From Schmidtea nova (Eukaryota): DNA of 64,000 nucleotides. Positions 14,836 through 27,136 of the stretch are shown piece after piece (position 1 is the first letter of the stretch; each line of letters begins with the position of its first letter). Location of the stretch: positions 298,158,001 to 298,222,000 of the forward strand of contig CM097882.1 of NCBI GenBank assembly GCA_044892505.1. Reading direction: 5' to 3'. Both the position numbers and the translations under genes were made by a program. The notes below the pieces were generated by a model, which worked only from the letters and a program-made list of their open reading frames with translations, ran no database searches and was not told the DNA's origin.

Positions 14836-17681
14836 CAGTAGAGCCTCGATTATCCGGATAGTTCAAAATAAACAAAAAACAGTGGACGTGCTGTTTTGCA
14901 CGTCCGCTTTTTAAGTACTTGTTGGAATGCGTTTTATGCATTTGTTCTAACAATAAGTCCCAACAAGTAAAATATTGGCCAATAGTCGTTCGAATTCAAT
15001 ACGCATAGGATGTTTTTTATTGAAAAATTGATCACAATTTAATAGTTATTTATTTTTAATATTACCGATATGTCATCTAAAAGAAGACGTATTGTAGTTT
15101 TATTAAAAGACAAATTAAATATAATCAATGATTTGAAACGCGGTGAATCGGGACATATTTTGTCTAGTGAATATGGTGTCAGAACATCAACGATCTTGGA
15201 TATAAAAAACAAAGCAAAAAATCTTGAAGTTTACAAATTATTTAATGTCAGAAGATGGAAGCTTAAAGTGTAAAGTTATGAAAAAATCAGGAAATTAAGA
15301 AGTTGAAGAGTGTATTTTTGTTCGGTTCGCATCAGTGGCTACGAAGAATACAGATAAACTAATTCGATAATTAATAACTTTAATTGATTATCGGACTCCA
15401 AACGATAATCCTCTTATTTAAATATAAATAAAATATATGTGTTTTGTTGCGTGTAAATAAGAAAACAAGGTTTTGTAAAATAAGTTTTATTAATACAATA
15501 CAATGTACAAAAAGGTGTTTTGATAATAGTGCAATGGTTGCTATGTCTAAAGCTAGATAATCGGTTGTTCAAATCGTCCTCAGATTCAAAAAAACAAAAG
15601 CTGTACCTTAATGGCTCACAGCTCCGACTAAGAGATTGGACAAGAAGATGAGGGATTCCCGGTAGTTTGCGCGATAGTAATAACCCAGAATTGGTTATTA
15701 CTTTTTTCCTAATGAATTTCCCTTCTGATATTTTATTAGTTTATTAGATTTTTCTGAAGGAACAAAATAGTAAATAATACTATTGTTCCGTGATCGCACA
15801 AAATATAATAAAATTAAAATTTACCAAATAGCTAAATAACACCAAAGATTTTTCACTCAATGTAAAATTCTGCCAAATACTTTGACTCACAATTTACGCT
15901 AGAATTTTCTAAATAACTTCTCAAAATTTCTACCAACTCAACTGATTACAATAAGTTTAAATACAAAATTTTTATTATGCGTAGGTCTAGACGACCAAAC
16001 GCGAATAACTACGTGTGGGTCAAATTTGACTTTTAAAAATTACTAAATTTTATTTAAAGTAATTTATTATTACCATAAATAAATTATTATTACTATTTAA
16101 ATCTATCGTCTATTTATTTATTACTAAAATTATTATTTATCTATTTATAGTAATTATTTATTACTATATTTATTTTCTATCTTTTTAAAGTAATTATAAA
16201 TTGCTATTTATATTTATATATTTATTTATAATATTTTTTTATCAACAATGCATACAAAAACCCGAGATCCCTTGATCTCGAACCCAAACATTTTAATGTG
16301 GTTTATACAAAGAAAATCATCTGGAGATCCAACATCTGGCCCATAATGTGTGAAAATGCAATATTTTTCAATTTAAGATAAAATGGAGATTCCACATTCA
16401 AAGCAAGTTTGGGCTGGCTTGAAAAATTCAACAAACGATATATTATTAGGGAACTTGAAATTCATGGCGAAAAGCTTTTTTGCCGACATACCTACAGCAA
16501 ACACTTTCATTGACACATTGAACTTGTTTGAAGAGAAAGAAGGATTCGGCGAAGAATTTATTTATGATGCTGACGATACCTTTTTGAATTGGAAGAAACA
16601 ACCTAATAAATCGTTAGCATCAAAACGTTAAAATACTACACCAGGGTACAAAATGAATAAAGTCTTCCGGTTGAATTTGATCATCAGAAAAACTTCTGGA
16701 TGAATGGCAGAATTTTTCAACGATGGTATAAAAAACAATTCATCATAGAAGTGAAAAAACATCAAAGCTCCATAGGTAAAAGAGGGAAAACGTTATTATT
16801 ACTAGACAATGCACCATCCCACCGATCTAATGAATGTTTAAATCAGATATGTAAAATGTTTACGGTAAAATTTCTTCCACCAAATGTCAGATCGGTAATA
16901 CAATCGATGAATCAAATAGATTCAAACGCTTATATAGAAAATAGATGCTTCGACGATTATTGCTAGCAGACGAAAAGGATGATGAATCAGTCAACAGCTT
17001 CCACAAGAAAATAAATTTAAAAGATTGTTGTTATATGGCAGAAGATAGTTGAAATTCTATAGATGTGTCAACTTTGAAAAAATCATGGAACAACATTTTG
17101 AAAAGACTATCAGTAAGTTTCAGTAACGCAGTAGAAAGTGATATAGGAAACATCGCGGAAACAATAGCTCAAATTTCAAATTGTGCTGCTTGTGATGAAG
17201 AAGATGTAAGTGAGTGGTTAAATTGCGATGCAAACGATCCTCGATTCCAAATTTTGAATGATGAGGAAATAAGTAAAGAAATATCTGCTTCAGAGGAACA
17301 CGATCAAGAAGACGAAGAAGAGATTTGCGAAGAGGGAGATATTGGTCCTACACATTCTGAAGTTTTCAGTGTTTAGATGTCGCGATGAAGGGGTTTGAAA
17401 GTCAAGAAGAGTGTAATTCAGGACAACTTATGTGTCTTAAAAGTTTTCGCGATTTGGCAGCTTCAAAAAAAAAGGTAGCTCTAAGCAGAAATAGATAATT
17501 GATTTTTTTAATAAAATATAATTTAATATTAAAGCTTTTTATAAATGTAAATAAATAAAAATTATTCATACAGAATATATTTGTCTTTTCCTTTCAATTA
17601 GAATTTTATTCGATTATCCGGATTTGTCCTTATCCGAACTATCTTCATCCCCAATTAGTCCGGATAATCAATGTTCTACTG
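14836..17681 (+). mobile_element. pogo/Tigger-family DNA transposon, decayed
   Basis: TA (14834-35) then TIR CAGTAGAGCCTCGATTATCCGGA. Right TIR TCCGGATAATCAATGTTCTACTG ends at 17681, and its TA lies at 40175-76 beyond the hAT insertion. Transposase pieces: CENP-B-type HTH (MSSKRRRIVVLLKDKL, 15070), GPIMCENA, and DDE_1 LLLLDNAPSH (16700-16966). Confidence 0.92.
15319..16290. mobile_element. 972-bp insertion, probable solo LTR, inside the pogo transposase
   Basis: TG...CA ends with short inverted termini (TGTTCGGTTCG / CGAACCCAAACA) and a TTTT 4-bp duplication. Removing it restores the in-frame GAG TGT ATT TTA ATG TGG TTT (ECILMWF). Confidence 0.65.
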
Positions 17682-17812
17682 CAGGCATGCTCAACTTACG
17701 GCCCGCCAACTGTTTTTATCCGGCCCTTTGGCAGCTAGAATGAATAGCCAGTAAACAGGCCCTTCGTTGACCAACAAGAATTATCATTAAAAGTCTTGCT
17801 GTGATTAGTCAG

Positions 17813-18275
17813 AGTAGGAGGATGTGTCAGGTCTGCGTCACTATGAGTTATCGCGCGTTTTTTTTTGGCGCCATTTTTTTAAAGTGTGTTTTGTTTAAAT
17901 GTTTGGAATTTTATTATTTATTTTATTATTAATTTTTTTTTTTTGTGCAGAATTGTCTCATTTTGTTATATGCTTATAATATTTTGATGAGTGCTTTCAT
18001 TGAACGTTTATCATTGAAGTTGTAGAAAAATATTAAGAACAATAATAAATTATATTAACAAAAGTAAATTAATAATATTAAAAAAAAAAAAATAAATAAC
18101 TAATTAATATAAATTAATAAAAAAAAATTATTTAAATAAAAAAAAAAAGAAATAATTTAATAATAAAATAAATAATAAAATTCCAAACATTTAAACAAAA
18201 CACACTTTAAAAAAATGGCGCCAAAAAAAACGCGCGATAACTCATAGTGACGCAGACCTGACACATCCTCCTACT
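17813..18275. mobile_element. 463-bp foldback element made of Polinton-type termini (mini-Polinton)
   Basis: Starts AGTAGGAGGATGTGTCAGG and ends CCTGACACATCCTCCTACT, with long inverted arms. Reading inward from 18275 it aligns over ~310 bp with the terminus at 37236-37545 that abuts a polB gene. No TSD seen. Confidence 0.75.
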
Positions 18276-19053
18276 TTTATAATCTTCTATAATATAGTAT
18301 TTTCAATAATAAAATTATATTCTTTTACATAAAAATTAATTTTGATCGCATGCGTATTTTCAAAATAAACCACACATAAACTATTTGAGCTAATTCGTTT
18401 TGAAATTCGAATACCCAAAATTATAACTAAAATTCCAAATTTTCTTATGAGCAATTTTTTCAGTTAAAGTGGAATTCAGTTGAATAAAATCAAATATTAT
18501 TTTACATAATCTAATACAATCTATATTCTCCATTATGATCTGTTACGCTTTGAGCTTCTAGTTGGACGATCTTTATGAATTTGATTTTCTAATTGACCTT
18601 GCGATTTCTTTCGTGATGTAGTGAAGAAGATGTTCATGTAAGCGAAGGTGATTTACGAGATGGATGCATAGTTTCGATAACGTTTATTATGTTAGAACTT
18701 TCATGTGGTAGTAACAGTTGTATAGGTTGATATAAATATAGATAAATACTATACTCTAATAAAATATTAGTTTGTATCTTTGAAAACCGTATCGTACTTC
18801 GATAAAAATATAATAGGATTCTAGACGTTAAATTATTTTGAACAGATCTTGCGCTTGGCCAAGCCACTACTCCTCATACAGCCAGGTATGAGATGATGCG
18901 ATCATGAATGTTTGCGCTCACTTCAATGAAAAAATGGATCAGAAAGATGAACGAACTTCAGCTAACTGATGATTCACCAAAGTGACTAACGATGGTACAA
19001 CTTATCGTTGGACCATCATCAGACGTAATGGAAGTTTTGATTAATAATAATAA

Positions 19054-19056
<3 letters not shown>

Positions 19057-19102
<46 letters not shown>
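19057..19102. repeat. (TA)n microsatellite
   Basis: Direct reading. Confidence 0.95.
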
Positions 19103-19106
<4 letters not shown>

Positions 19107-19611
19107 ATAGATATTACTGATTGCAATGATTATCAATTTTGAACTTTGGGTTAATGTGATCGAATTTCACTCTTAACCTAGAAGACTTTTGATAGCTAAC
19201 AATCGCATTTTTAAATATTAAACATGAAAATTAAAATAGAAGTATTTCTGAAATACGTACAATTATTAGAAAAAAATTATGAACACGCTAAAATAATAGG
19301 TTAAAAAGGATAAGAATTTCAAATAATAATACAAATGAATAAAAAATAAAAGAAAACGATCGGAAAGGGACAGTCGGAGGCATGAGTCCCAATGCTTCTT
19401 TGCCTTCAAAATGAATCGTTCTTACATCTCTAAGCTAAAATTATGATCTTCGTCAGGTACTAATATACTACTACAGAATTGCGCGGTGGCTTTTCGGTTG
19501 ATTTCTTGACTCCGAGTCTTGAATGAAGATTTTACACAGGGATTCGCCTTATAAAAAGACTCCCGGTAGGAAGGTTAAAATTTTGAATTTATTTATTTTT
19601 ATGGTGGTATT

Positions 19612-19727
19612 AAGTTAAGTTTTGTGTTAAGTTTTGTAAGTGTGTTAAGTTTTGTGTTAAGTTTTGTAAGTGTTAAGTTTTGAAAGTGTTAAGTTTTGTT
19701 AAGTTTTGAGTGTTAAGTTTTGTAAGT
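19612..19727. repeat. Degenerate tandem repeat (TAAGTTTTGTGT/TAAGTTTTGTAAGTGT) downstream of the hATm transposase
   Basis: Repeated TAAGTTTTG units by eye. Confidence 0.8.
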
Positions 19728-19928
19728 ACCACTATTTGAAGCTTGCAATGTTAAATTGCCACAGTTTTCTTGTTTAGTTTACATTTATTCCACACACAGT
19801 CACACACAACAGCTTGTAAAAGTTCAGTTTTCTGTAATATCACTTATTCAGAAATAACTCAAACTGCAAAGTGCAAATGTTAAGAATTATGTCTCTGCCA
19901 GACTGCCAACTGTTCATCCGTATTACTG

Positions 19929-22173
19929 TTATTTCGCAGTGTCCAATTTTTCACCAGTACTAGTACAATTCGCTAGGATTTGTTTGGTACAGTCATGGAA
20001 TATTCGCCTGTGTTGATTCACAATTTGAAGAATAAACTGTAGTTGATCTTCATTTTTGATCAATTTCTTGTTGTAATCCTGAATGAGAGCAACTCCACGT
20101 TCGGCGCTGTCGTTGACAACCGCCAAGCTCTTGACAATGCCCAGTGCTCGTGTGTATGACTCATCCTGTTCCCAGTCTGATGGATCCTTGTCGAGCAGTG
20201 CCTCGGGCAGATCAAGCAACGGGAACAGTTTCTTGGAGTTTGATGTACAGAACTGCTCCAAACCGTGTTTTCCCATGAATGCATCAGACTTTATGCTGGG
20301 TCGCTTCGATGGATGATCCGGAGCTTCTTCGTCCATCGCGGTAATCATCAGTCTCTTTGAGTCATGCGATAATCTGGAGTCAAACAGAACCAGACCAATG
20401 AGCTCCTCGGACAGATACCACAAATGTAGACCAAGCTTCTTGCTGGTTGCAGCAGAAATAGCCGCATGAGGACAGTTCAGAAGTTGTCCCATAAGCTTGA
20501 AGTCATTCAGAGGTGCTTCAACAGCCAGTGGTGCAGTCATCCAGGCTTTGAGGTGGATGATAACGGAAAAGATGGCGACATCACAAATACCACGCTCTTC
20601 TGAAGCAGTCATCTTGAACTGACTGCGAAAAAGCCACATTTTGATGGAATAGAGGACTTTTGCCATCCATCGTGCCCTATGCATTGCACCAGGCATTTGA
20701 AAGCGAATTCCACGTTCAGGAACAGCGCCAAGAAATATGACTGCAAGCTCAAGAAATTCTCTGTTGTCATCTCTTGGCTGTTCAGCTTGCAAATATGTTC
20801 TGGCAAAACTCAGGATATCAGAATGATATGGAGCAACTAGTAACTCAACAGATGGGTCCGATGAAGCAACCTGAAAGCTGTCACGGTCTATGAATGACCA
20901 TTGATCGTGGAACCGCTTGAATATGAGAATGTCTGGTCCTGTTGAAGTGCCAATCGAAGTTTTATCAAATGCTGCCTCGACAATTAGCTCCATAACGTGG
21001 TGACGACAGGCCAGGAATAGAAGATCTTTGTTTAGTTTGTGCTCAATCAGAGAACATGCTCCTGAACGATGACCAGTATTAGATGCGGTCGTGTCAAAAC
21101 AAAGAGCAGCGACCTGATCTTCGACACCCCACTCTCCCAAACATTGAACGACTGCAGATGCTTGGGCTTCACCTGTCCCACCCGACAGCTTTGGGACGCC
21201 AAGTAACTGTTCGACTCCAACACCCGAGATAAGGACTGGAAGACGATTTACATGGTCATGTGTCGATAAATCTTCCGTCAGCTTTCCGTCCCAGTGAACC
21301 GTTAAAGGGACAGTTGATGAAAACTCTGATCGCAAACTGGTTGATCTGGTAGCCCGGTGACTTGCTCTAGCACGATGTATTGAGCTTCGGTTGATGTTTA
21401 AAGCGTTCACATCATGGCCAAGGCTGGAAGCTACTTCACTTAGAACGAAGGTAGCATTCCGTGCTGAAATCTTAGTTCTGTCCAAAGCTGATGTTAAACC
21501 AGGAGAAAGTACATTGATTTTTGCTCTCTTGGTCTTGGGTCCATCTAGTCGACTGCAAGTTTCGCTTCTATCAGTGAACTCGTGTTCATCAACCTCGTCA
21601 TCATCTGAAGATGATGTAGTGTCAAGTGCAGCCTGGCTGGAATATACTTCAATTTCCTCTTGTGATCGCTTATTGCGCTTCAGTTCTGCCTCCTTCCGAT
21701 CCTGGCGACGTTGTCTCTTTAGTTCTTCAACCTTGTCAAGAGCCCCAATTGAGCCTGGTCGACCTTTTTGCCTTTGAGAGAGGAAGAATGCTCTATCTTC
21801 TGGAATAGTCATCAAAGTGAGGGCAATCAATGTCAAAGAGATTGTCAAGGCGTGCGATGAATTCATCCTCCTTCGTCTTGTGTCCACTGGTTTCCCGATT
21901 CTTATGCTTTTGTAGACCTTTCCATTCAACAAAATATGCTTCCAGCTTGTCGATGCAATGTTTGAATGCTCGAACCGGAATACCTGCCTTATTCCAAAAT
22001 CCAAACACCTTTTCTATGGTTTGTCGACTAGAATCACGTACTGCCAGATTGTCAACTTTGTGAAGATGCAGGAAATAACCAAAAGCTTGGCGATATGATG
22101 GTAACTTTGCTCCGAGAATGTCGGACATGGTTGAACCAATCAAGTAGACATTGGATTTTCCTATGGCTTCCAT
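19929..22173 (-). pseudogene. hATm-type transposase, one frameshift near 21815-21830
   Basis: ORF from ATG 22173 (MEAIGKSNVYLIG...LDNLFDI) continues in another frame as ALTLMTIPEDRAF. Motifs VHWDGK, CFDTTASNTG, LACRHH (CxxH) and VNDSAERGV. Confidence 0.85.
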
Positions 22174-22869
22174 GGTAATCTGTAAAAAAATATTATTGAA
22201 ATACTGACAATGCATAATTAAGCATTGCATGTTTACATAAAATAGTGACCAATGAATTGAATAATGAATAATAATTTAACACGTCATAAAACTAAACCAA
22301 TAGACAAATTGGATTAATTATAAAATTTACCTTGAATTCAAGCAATCCAGTTAGACCAATGTAGTGGACTTGTACTGTAATTAAAGCTTAACAGACAGTG
22401 AGATACTGACACAAATAAGTATTGCCTGAGCAATTCAACTGTGCTTTATTATTTATTATATAAGCTTTTTGCAAATTTGCAGACAGTAACACCTTCTTAT
22501 TCTTTGCATAGAATATTTATTATTCATTGAGATGAGGCTGTAATAAGTAAGTAAGTGTCTAACTCTAAAAGTTTTTGTTAATACATGCATAGCTACAATA
22601 CAGCATATTATACAACACGCGAAACAAGTTTCACAACTTTATTTAAATTTAACGGATTTGGTAAAACTTCAAAGCTGGAGGACCACCTCTAAATATTGTC
22701 CAATTCGCAAGATTTTTTGTACATAATTTTATTTCTGTAAGTGGAATACATTGGAGGGGTGCCAGAAAATGATTTCAAACTTTAATTTTTAAGGGCCACC
22801 CTAATATTCATATATATATATATATATACTTATGTTGGGTGTGGTTGACCCCAGCCAGGTGCTTTTGAT

Positions 22870-23130
22870 TTTCTGAATCCTTACATAGCGTTCAGTGTCA
22901 GCTGTCATCTCTGGAATGTCACCTCTCAGTGGCAATGAATAGTTTCCTTCTGATTTTATGAAACCTTTCAAGGCCTCAACGAGAATCCAGAAAGATTTTG
23001 ACTCACGGTTGATGTCAATACGACGAGGATCTTCTAAAAGTGTCCTGACGTTGATTAAAATCTCAGAAAGAAAAACAATCATTGGAATTGAATTCCTTGC
23101 TTCTCTGAAACTCTCTAAATATAGTGACAG
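22870..23130 (-). pseudogene. NAE1: Internal fragment of NEDD8-activating enzyme regulatory subunit (NAE1/APP-BP1)
   Basis: ESFREA...SFWILVEALKGFIKSEGNYSLPLRGDIPEMTADTERYVRIQ matches NAE1 ENFEEA...[41 protein letters not shown]. Truncated just before the hATm terminus. Confidence 0.8.
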
Positions 23131-23186
23131 AGGTAAGTCCTCTTTTGAGGCGCATAATTTTAGATAATCCTCGAGTCTTTTACTGA

Positions 23187-23759
23187 TCATTTCCCACAGA
23201 TATGGTCTGTCTTTATACGAATTTGGCCATTTTCGAACTGAGATTGTAATGAAGTGATTAAATTGTCTTTTCGATTTACGAGCACCAATTTTATATTATC
23301 AATTTTATTAGTATCATTGCCTTCAGATCTATCTTCTATATCATCAAGCATAAGTTTGGGGTTGGACAAAATGCTCGTTCGAAAATTATAATAAAGTTTA
23401 CATATTGGAGAATTTTGAAGTTTTTCTGCAAAAGGTGTTTGACCAACATTCAATTTGCACCAATAATCACTGTCAGATATCGGTGAATTAAATTGCAGCT
23501 TTTCCACAATTACTGAAGATCTCACTTTATCAGAAATGATTGAATCTCGCGAAGACACCACATTAATTAAATCATCAACAAAAGAGCTCTCGATTCCATT
23601 GACCACATTCGAATTAGGATTCTCTTCATAACAAGCAGCTTTATCCAGGCTCTTTATAAAGGGAACTCCCAAGCTATTGGGAAAGTCAGCACTTTCCCAA
23701 AAACTATAATTTGAATCGCTATCAGAATATAGTTCGTTATCATCTTTCAGTTCAGACAT
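23187..23759 (-). CDS. Uncharacterised 190-aa ORF whose stop overlaps the start of the NAE1-containing frame
   Basis: ATG-initiated, stop-free 573 nt in AT-rich DNA, with an ATGA overlap with ORF 22801-23190. No family recognised. Confidence 0.45.
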   Translation of the reverse strand: MSELKDDNELYSDSDSNYSFWESADFPNSLGVPFIKSLDKAACYEENPNSNVVNGIESSFVDDLINVVSSRDSIISDKVRSSVIVEKLQFNSPISDSDYWCKLNVGQTPFAEKLQNSPICKLYYNFRTSILSNPKLMLDDIEDRSEGNDTNKIDNIKLVLVNRKDNLITSLQSQFENGQIRIKTDHICGK

Positions 23760-26700
23760 ACTTAAATATAATGAACGTTTATATTAAATTTTCAAGAAGT
23801 CTTTGCACCGCTTTCGGAGGGAGTATATTTAAATTAAATCACAAGTAATCAATAAGTATGAATGAATAATACCACAAATCAGCTTTTAAATTTCAAAGAA
23901 ATCTACTCCAAATCACACTTCATCAAATTATTTATTTAAATTCCACATCAAATTGTTAAACCCCAAATTACAATTACCAAAATATTACCAAAAAACCAAT
24001 TTACTCCTCAAAATTTTAAAATCCTTTCTCCAAAAAAAATCATAATTGACACAGTAAAACAACACCGAATAAGTCTTAAAGTTTCTAAATAATCCAACAT
24101 AATTTCCATTGATTATTTTTCAACTCCAAGAGAAAATGGAACCACTCGCATCTGTGTGCGCACACCAACCAAGACCTCCACAAATCTCACTAACATCACC
24201 ACTGCGCATACAGACGCGACGAAATGCATCGACAAAATGCTTCCGAATTTGCTAGAGCCATTTAACCCTTTCTTATCTTCTTTATTTTTAGAAGTTGACG
24301 ATTGGCAAGTTGCAATTGGGCATAATCATTGGTCTTCTTTGTAATTTATATTAGCAATTCCTCTGTGAAGAACAACTGAAAGAATCCCAAGAACCGACAG
24401 TGCATTGGAAATAAACTATTCAAAAATAATGTCATTTTTTACAGACAGAGGATAGAATGGTTAATTTTTTTTGTCATATTTTTATAGACACAGGATAGGA
24501 AAGGGTTAAGCCTGTAATACAAATAAAAAGGCTTTATTGAGATTAAATGTCATAAGATTTATATATAGATTTCGATAAGACCGTTTAACGGTTTCAGGCT
24601 CGCTCCACGATCTCTCACAGCAATCAAGCCCCGCTCTCAATCATCTAATTCTTATTTCATTATTTTTAAAATATTTTAATAAGCGGGCGCTACCAGGGTG
24701 GTATGGGTGTTGTTACAAAAATTACTACTGACTTCTAGGGATTAACACAACCCACACCGTAACATAAATATTAGTCCATCATACACGTGTACCCATAGTT
24801 ATTCCCCAAACAACTATGTTGGTACTGTACACGGTGGCGAAAATCTAGTGAGCAGGTGAGCTCCATTGCCGAAACTACTTCTCACTAAATTCTCTCTTTC
24901 GGGTTCTTGTTGCCGATAGAATGACTTACGCATCTACTTTCTGTTCAGTCCTATCGCATGATTTTTCTCCTAGCGTTCCATTACTTTTCTTTATCAACAT
25001 TATTCTTTCTCAATTAATTCACCAAAATGATGAATGCTCCTGGCAATCTCATTTCTTCTCGCCTAAATTTGGTGCGAGCACGCCGCATCGCCTAACCCTC
25101 CGAAGAGAGTCAGGACGAGAGGCCATTTATTGCCCATCAGGTCGCGAGACCATCAGGACATGCCTTTATCGATTTTACCCCAACTGTTATGAGGGTTTAC
25201 CCACAATTAATCATAAAATGTATGATTCGAAATATTTATTGACTACCATTTACATGACATGATTAAATACGATGTACATTACAGCTACCATACACCAAGC
25301 AAACCTACTCACCTACGCGACTGGCTGGCGAAACACGAAATCAAAATTTTTGTGTTAACTTGCAGAAACTAACTGAGTTTTTTCAACTGATTTTTTGTGT
25401 CTATTTATACTAAAATAGACTGACACCCACGCATATTTTTATTCAATTGATTTATATTATGATTGAAACTCAATTTATTTGTTTCAATAACCGATTATTT
25501 ATTTATTTTTTTGTAAATTTTATTTATTTCTAAGATATTTGATTTTAATTCCGATAAATGATGTGTGTCCCCTTTGTTTTTGTACATTTATTGATTGATT
25601 AAAACAATCAAATTTAATTGAATTCTATTTTTGTTCCTACCTCTGTTATTTTTCCGATATTTCAATGTGGATTTTTCCTAAAACTTTTAATAAATTATTT
25701 TCTTTCATTTGATGTCAATTTTATTCTTTGTTCATGCTTTCCTTTATTTTTATACCAGCAATGATCTTCCCTATTTAATTCTCGTGCGGTCTTTCGTGTG
25801 TAACTGCGACCTGCACTCAAATTGTGGGCTCTCTTTTGAGATGCCTCTTTTCTATCGTTTAAGCCCTATCTCGACCGACTTATCGAATGCGGTTCGTATG
25901 ATTACTATTGTACTTTACTGTTTTATTTTCTTTTGTGTTAGTTTTATCGTGCGTTCTTTTTTAATTTTTTATGAATTCAAACAAACTTTTGTTTTCGATT
26001 TCGCCAGCCCAACACTTTTTTCAGACTGTAATTTTTGCTGATGCATTTAAACGAATTGTTCTGGAAGGAATTTTCGATTTTTCCAAAATTAAATTTATTA
26101 ATTTTAAGCAAAATTAAATTATTATTTTTGTGTTAAGTTTTAATAAAACTTTAATTAATTTTTTAATCTAAGATTTTACTTTTAAATTAAAGTTTTTTTC
26201 TAATTTTAATTCAATTTGCTACATTTTATCAAAAGCAATTTTCTTATTAATTTCATGAGTTTTAAGGTAAAAATCGAAATTTTCCTTCAGAAAATATGTT
26301 ACTTTTTTCTTAATTTGTAATTTTTTCCCACAATAGATGTTTTAATGTTATATATGTGTTTTTCACGTGTATATTTGATGCGCTTTTGTTTAGTTTAATT
26401 TTTAAATGGTTTTTATTAATTATCTGTGTTTTTTGTGACTTTGTTTTACTAGATGTTTAAGCTCATAGAATTTTAAACTTACTTCTTGCGTGCTCTTTAC
26501 GTGCTGTATTACCGCGTTATTTAAACAAATTTCAGTTTTTTCCAAAATTAGTAAATAATCAATAAATTAGTATAAAGACAAATGAAGGTACGAAAACGGG
26601 CAAAGTACCTTCTATCAAATACTCTTGAACCCACTCGCTTATTTAGTCAGCGATCACTTTTTGCGAATGTTTATCCATTTGTTGCAGTACCAACGTTACA

Positions 26701-27136
26701 CTGAAGTGGGCAAAAATCAATGTTTTATGTGTGGTTATTGGAAGGGAGCCACATATTTAATTTTCGAGTTTGAACAATAAGCCACCACATGTATATTTTA
26801 GTATAGGGACAAAATTCGAGCATTAAACATTCTGTCGGTAGTTCGTGGATCCGTTAGAATATTCGAGCGTAAACAGTAGTAGAAATGGCATTTAATTTTT
26901 AACAACAATTACTAACAACAATTAGAACTATTTTTTTCTTTTCCAAATGTAACTTTGTCAAATGTAATTAATTTATATTTAATAATTTTCTAATGACCCT
27001 AATCGTTTAATTAATATATTATATAATTAAATATTTAATTTTAAATTTTACAAAACACTACATTTATCTAATTAATAACTCGAAAAAAATAGTTTTTCAA
27101 TTTATAATATCTACGTTTGTTTATATCCATCATTTG

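Larger units (their letters stand above)
19600..22803 (-). mobile_element. hATm-type DNA transposon; 5' end present, 3' end not found
   Basis: Minus-strand terminus TAGGGTGGCCCTTAAAAA at 22803 and the transposase below. No matching terminus found upstream of 19929, so the left boundary is approximate. Confidence 0.7.

Noticed and set aside
18540-19050. Exon-like segments at the left edge of the cargo
   Set aside because: Contain stops and match no family I recognise.
19567-19590. TAGGAAGGTTAAAATTTTGAA as the missing hATm 3' terminus
   Set aside because: Only TAGG matches the 22803 terminus, and the ATATTCAT flank is not duplicated.
20060-22063. Several overlapping ORFs on both strands within the hATm transposase
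   Set aside because: Expected shadow ORFs in GC-richer coding DNA; no recognisable motifs.
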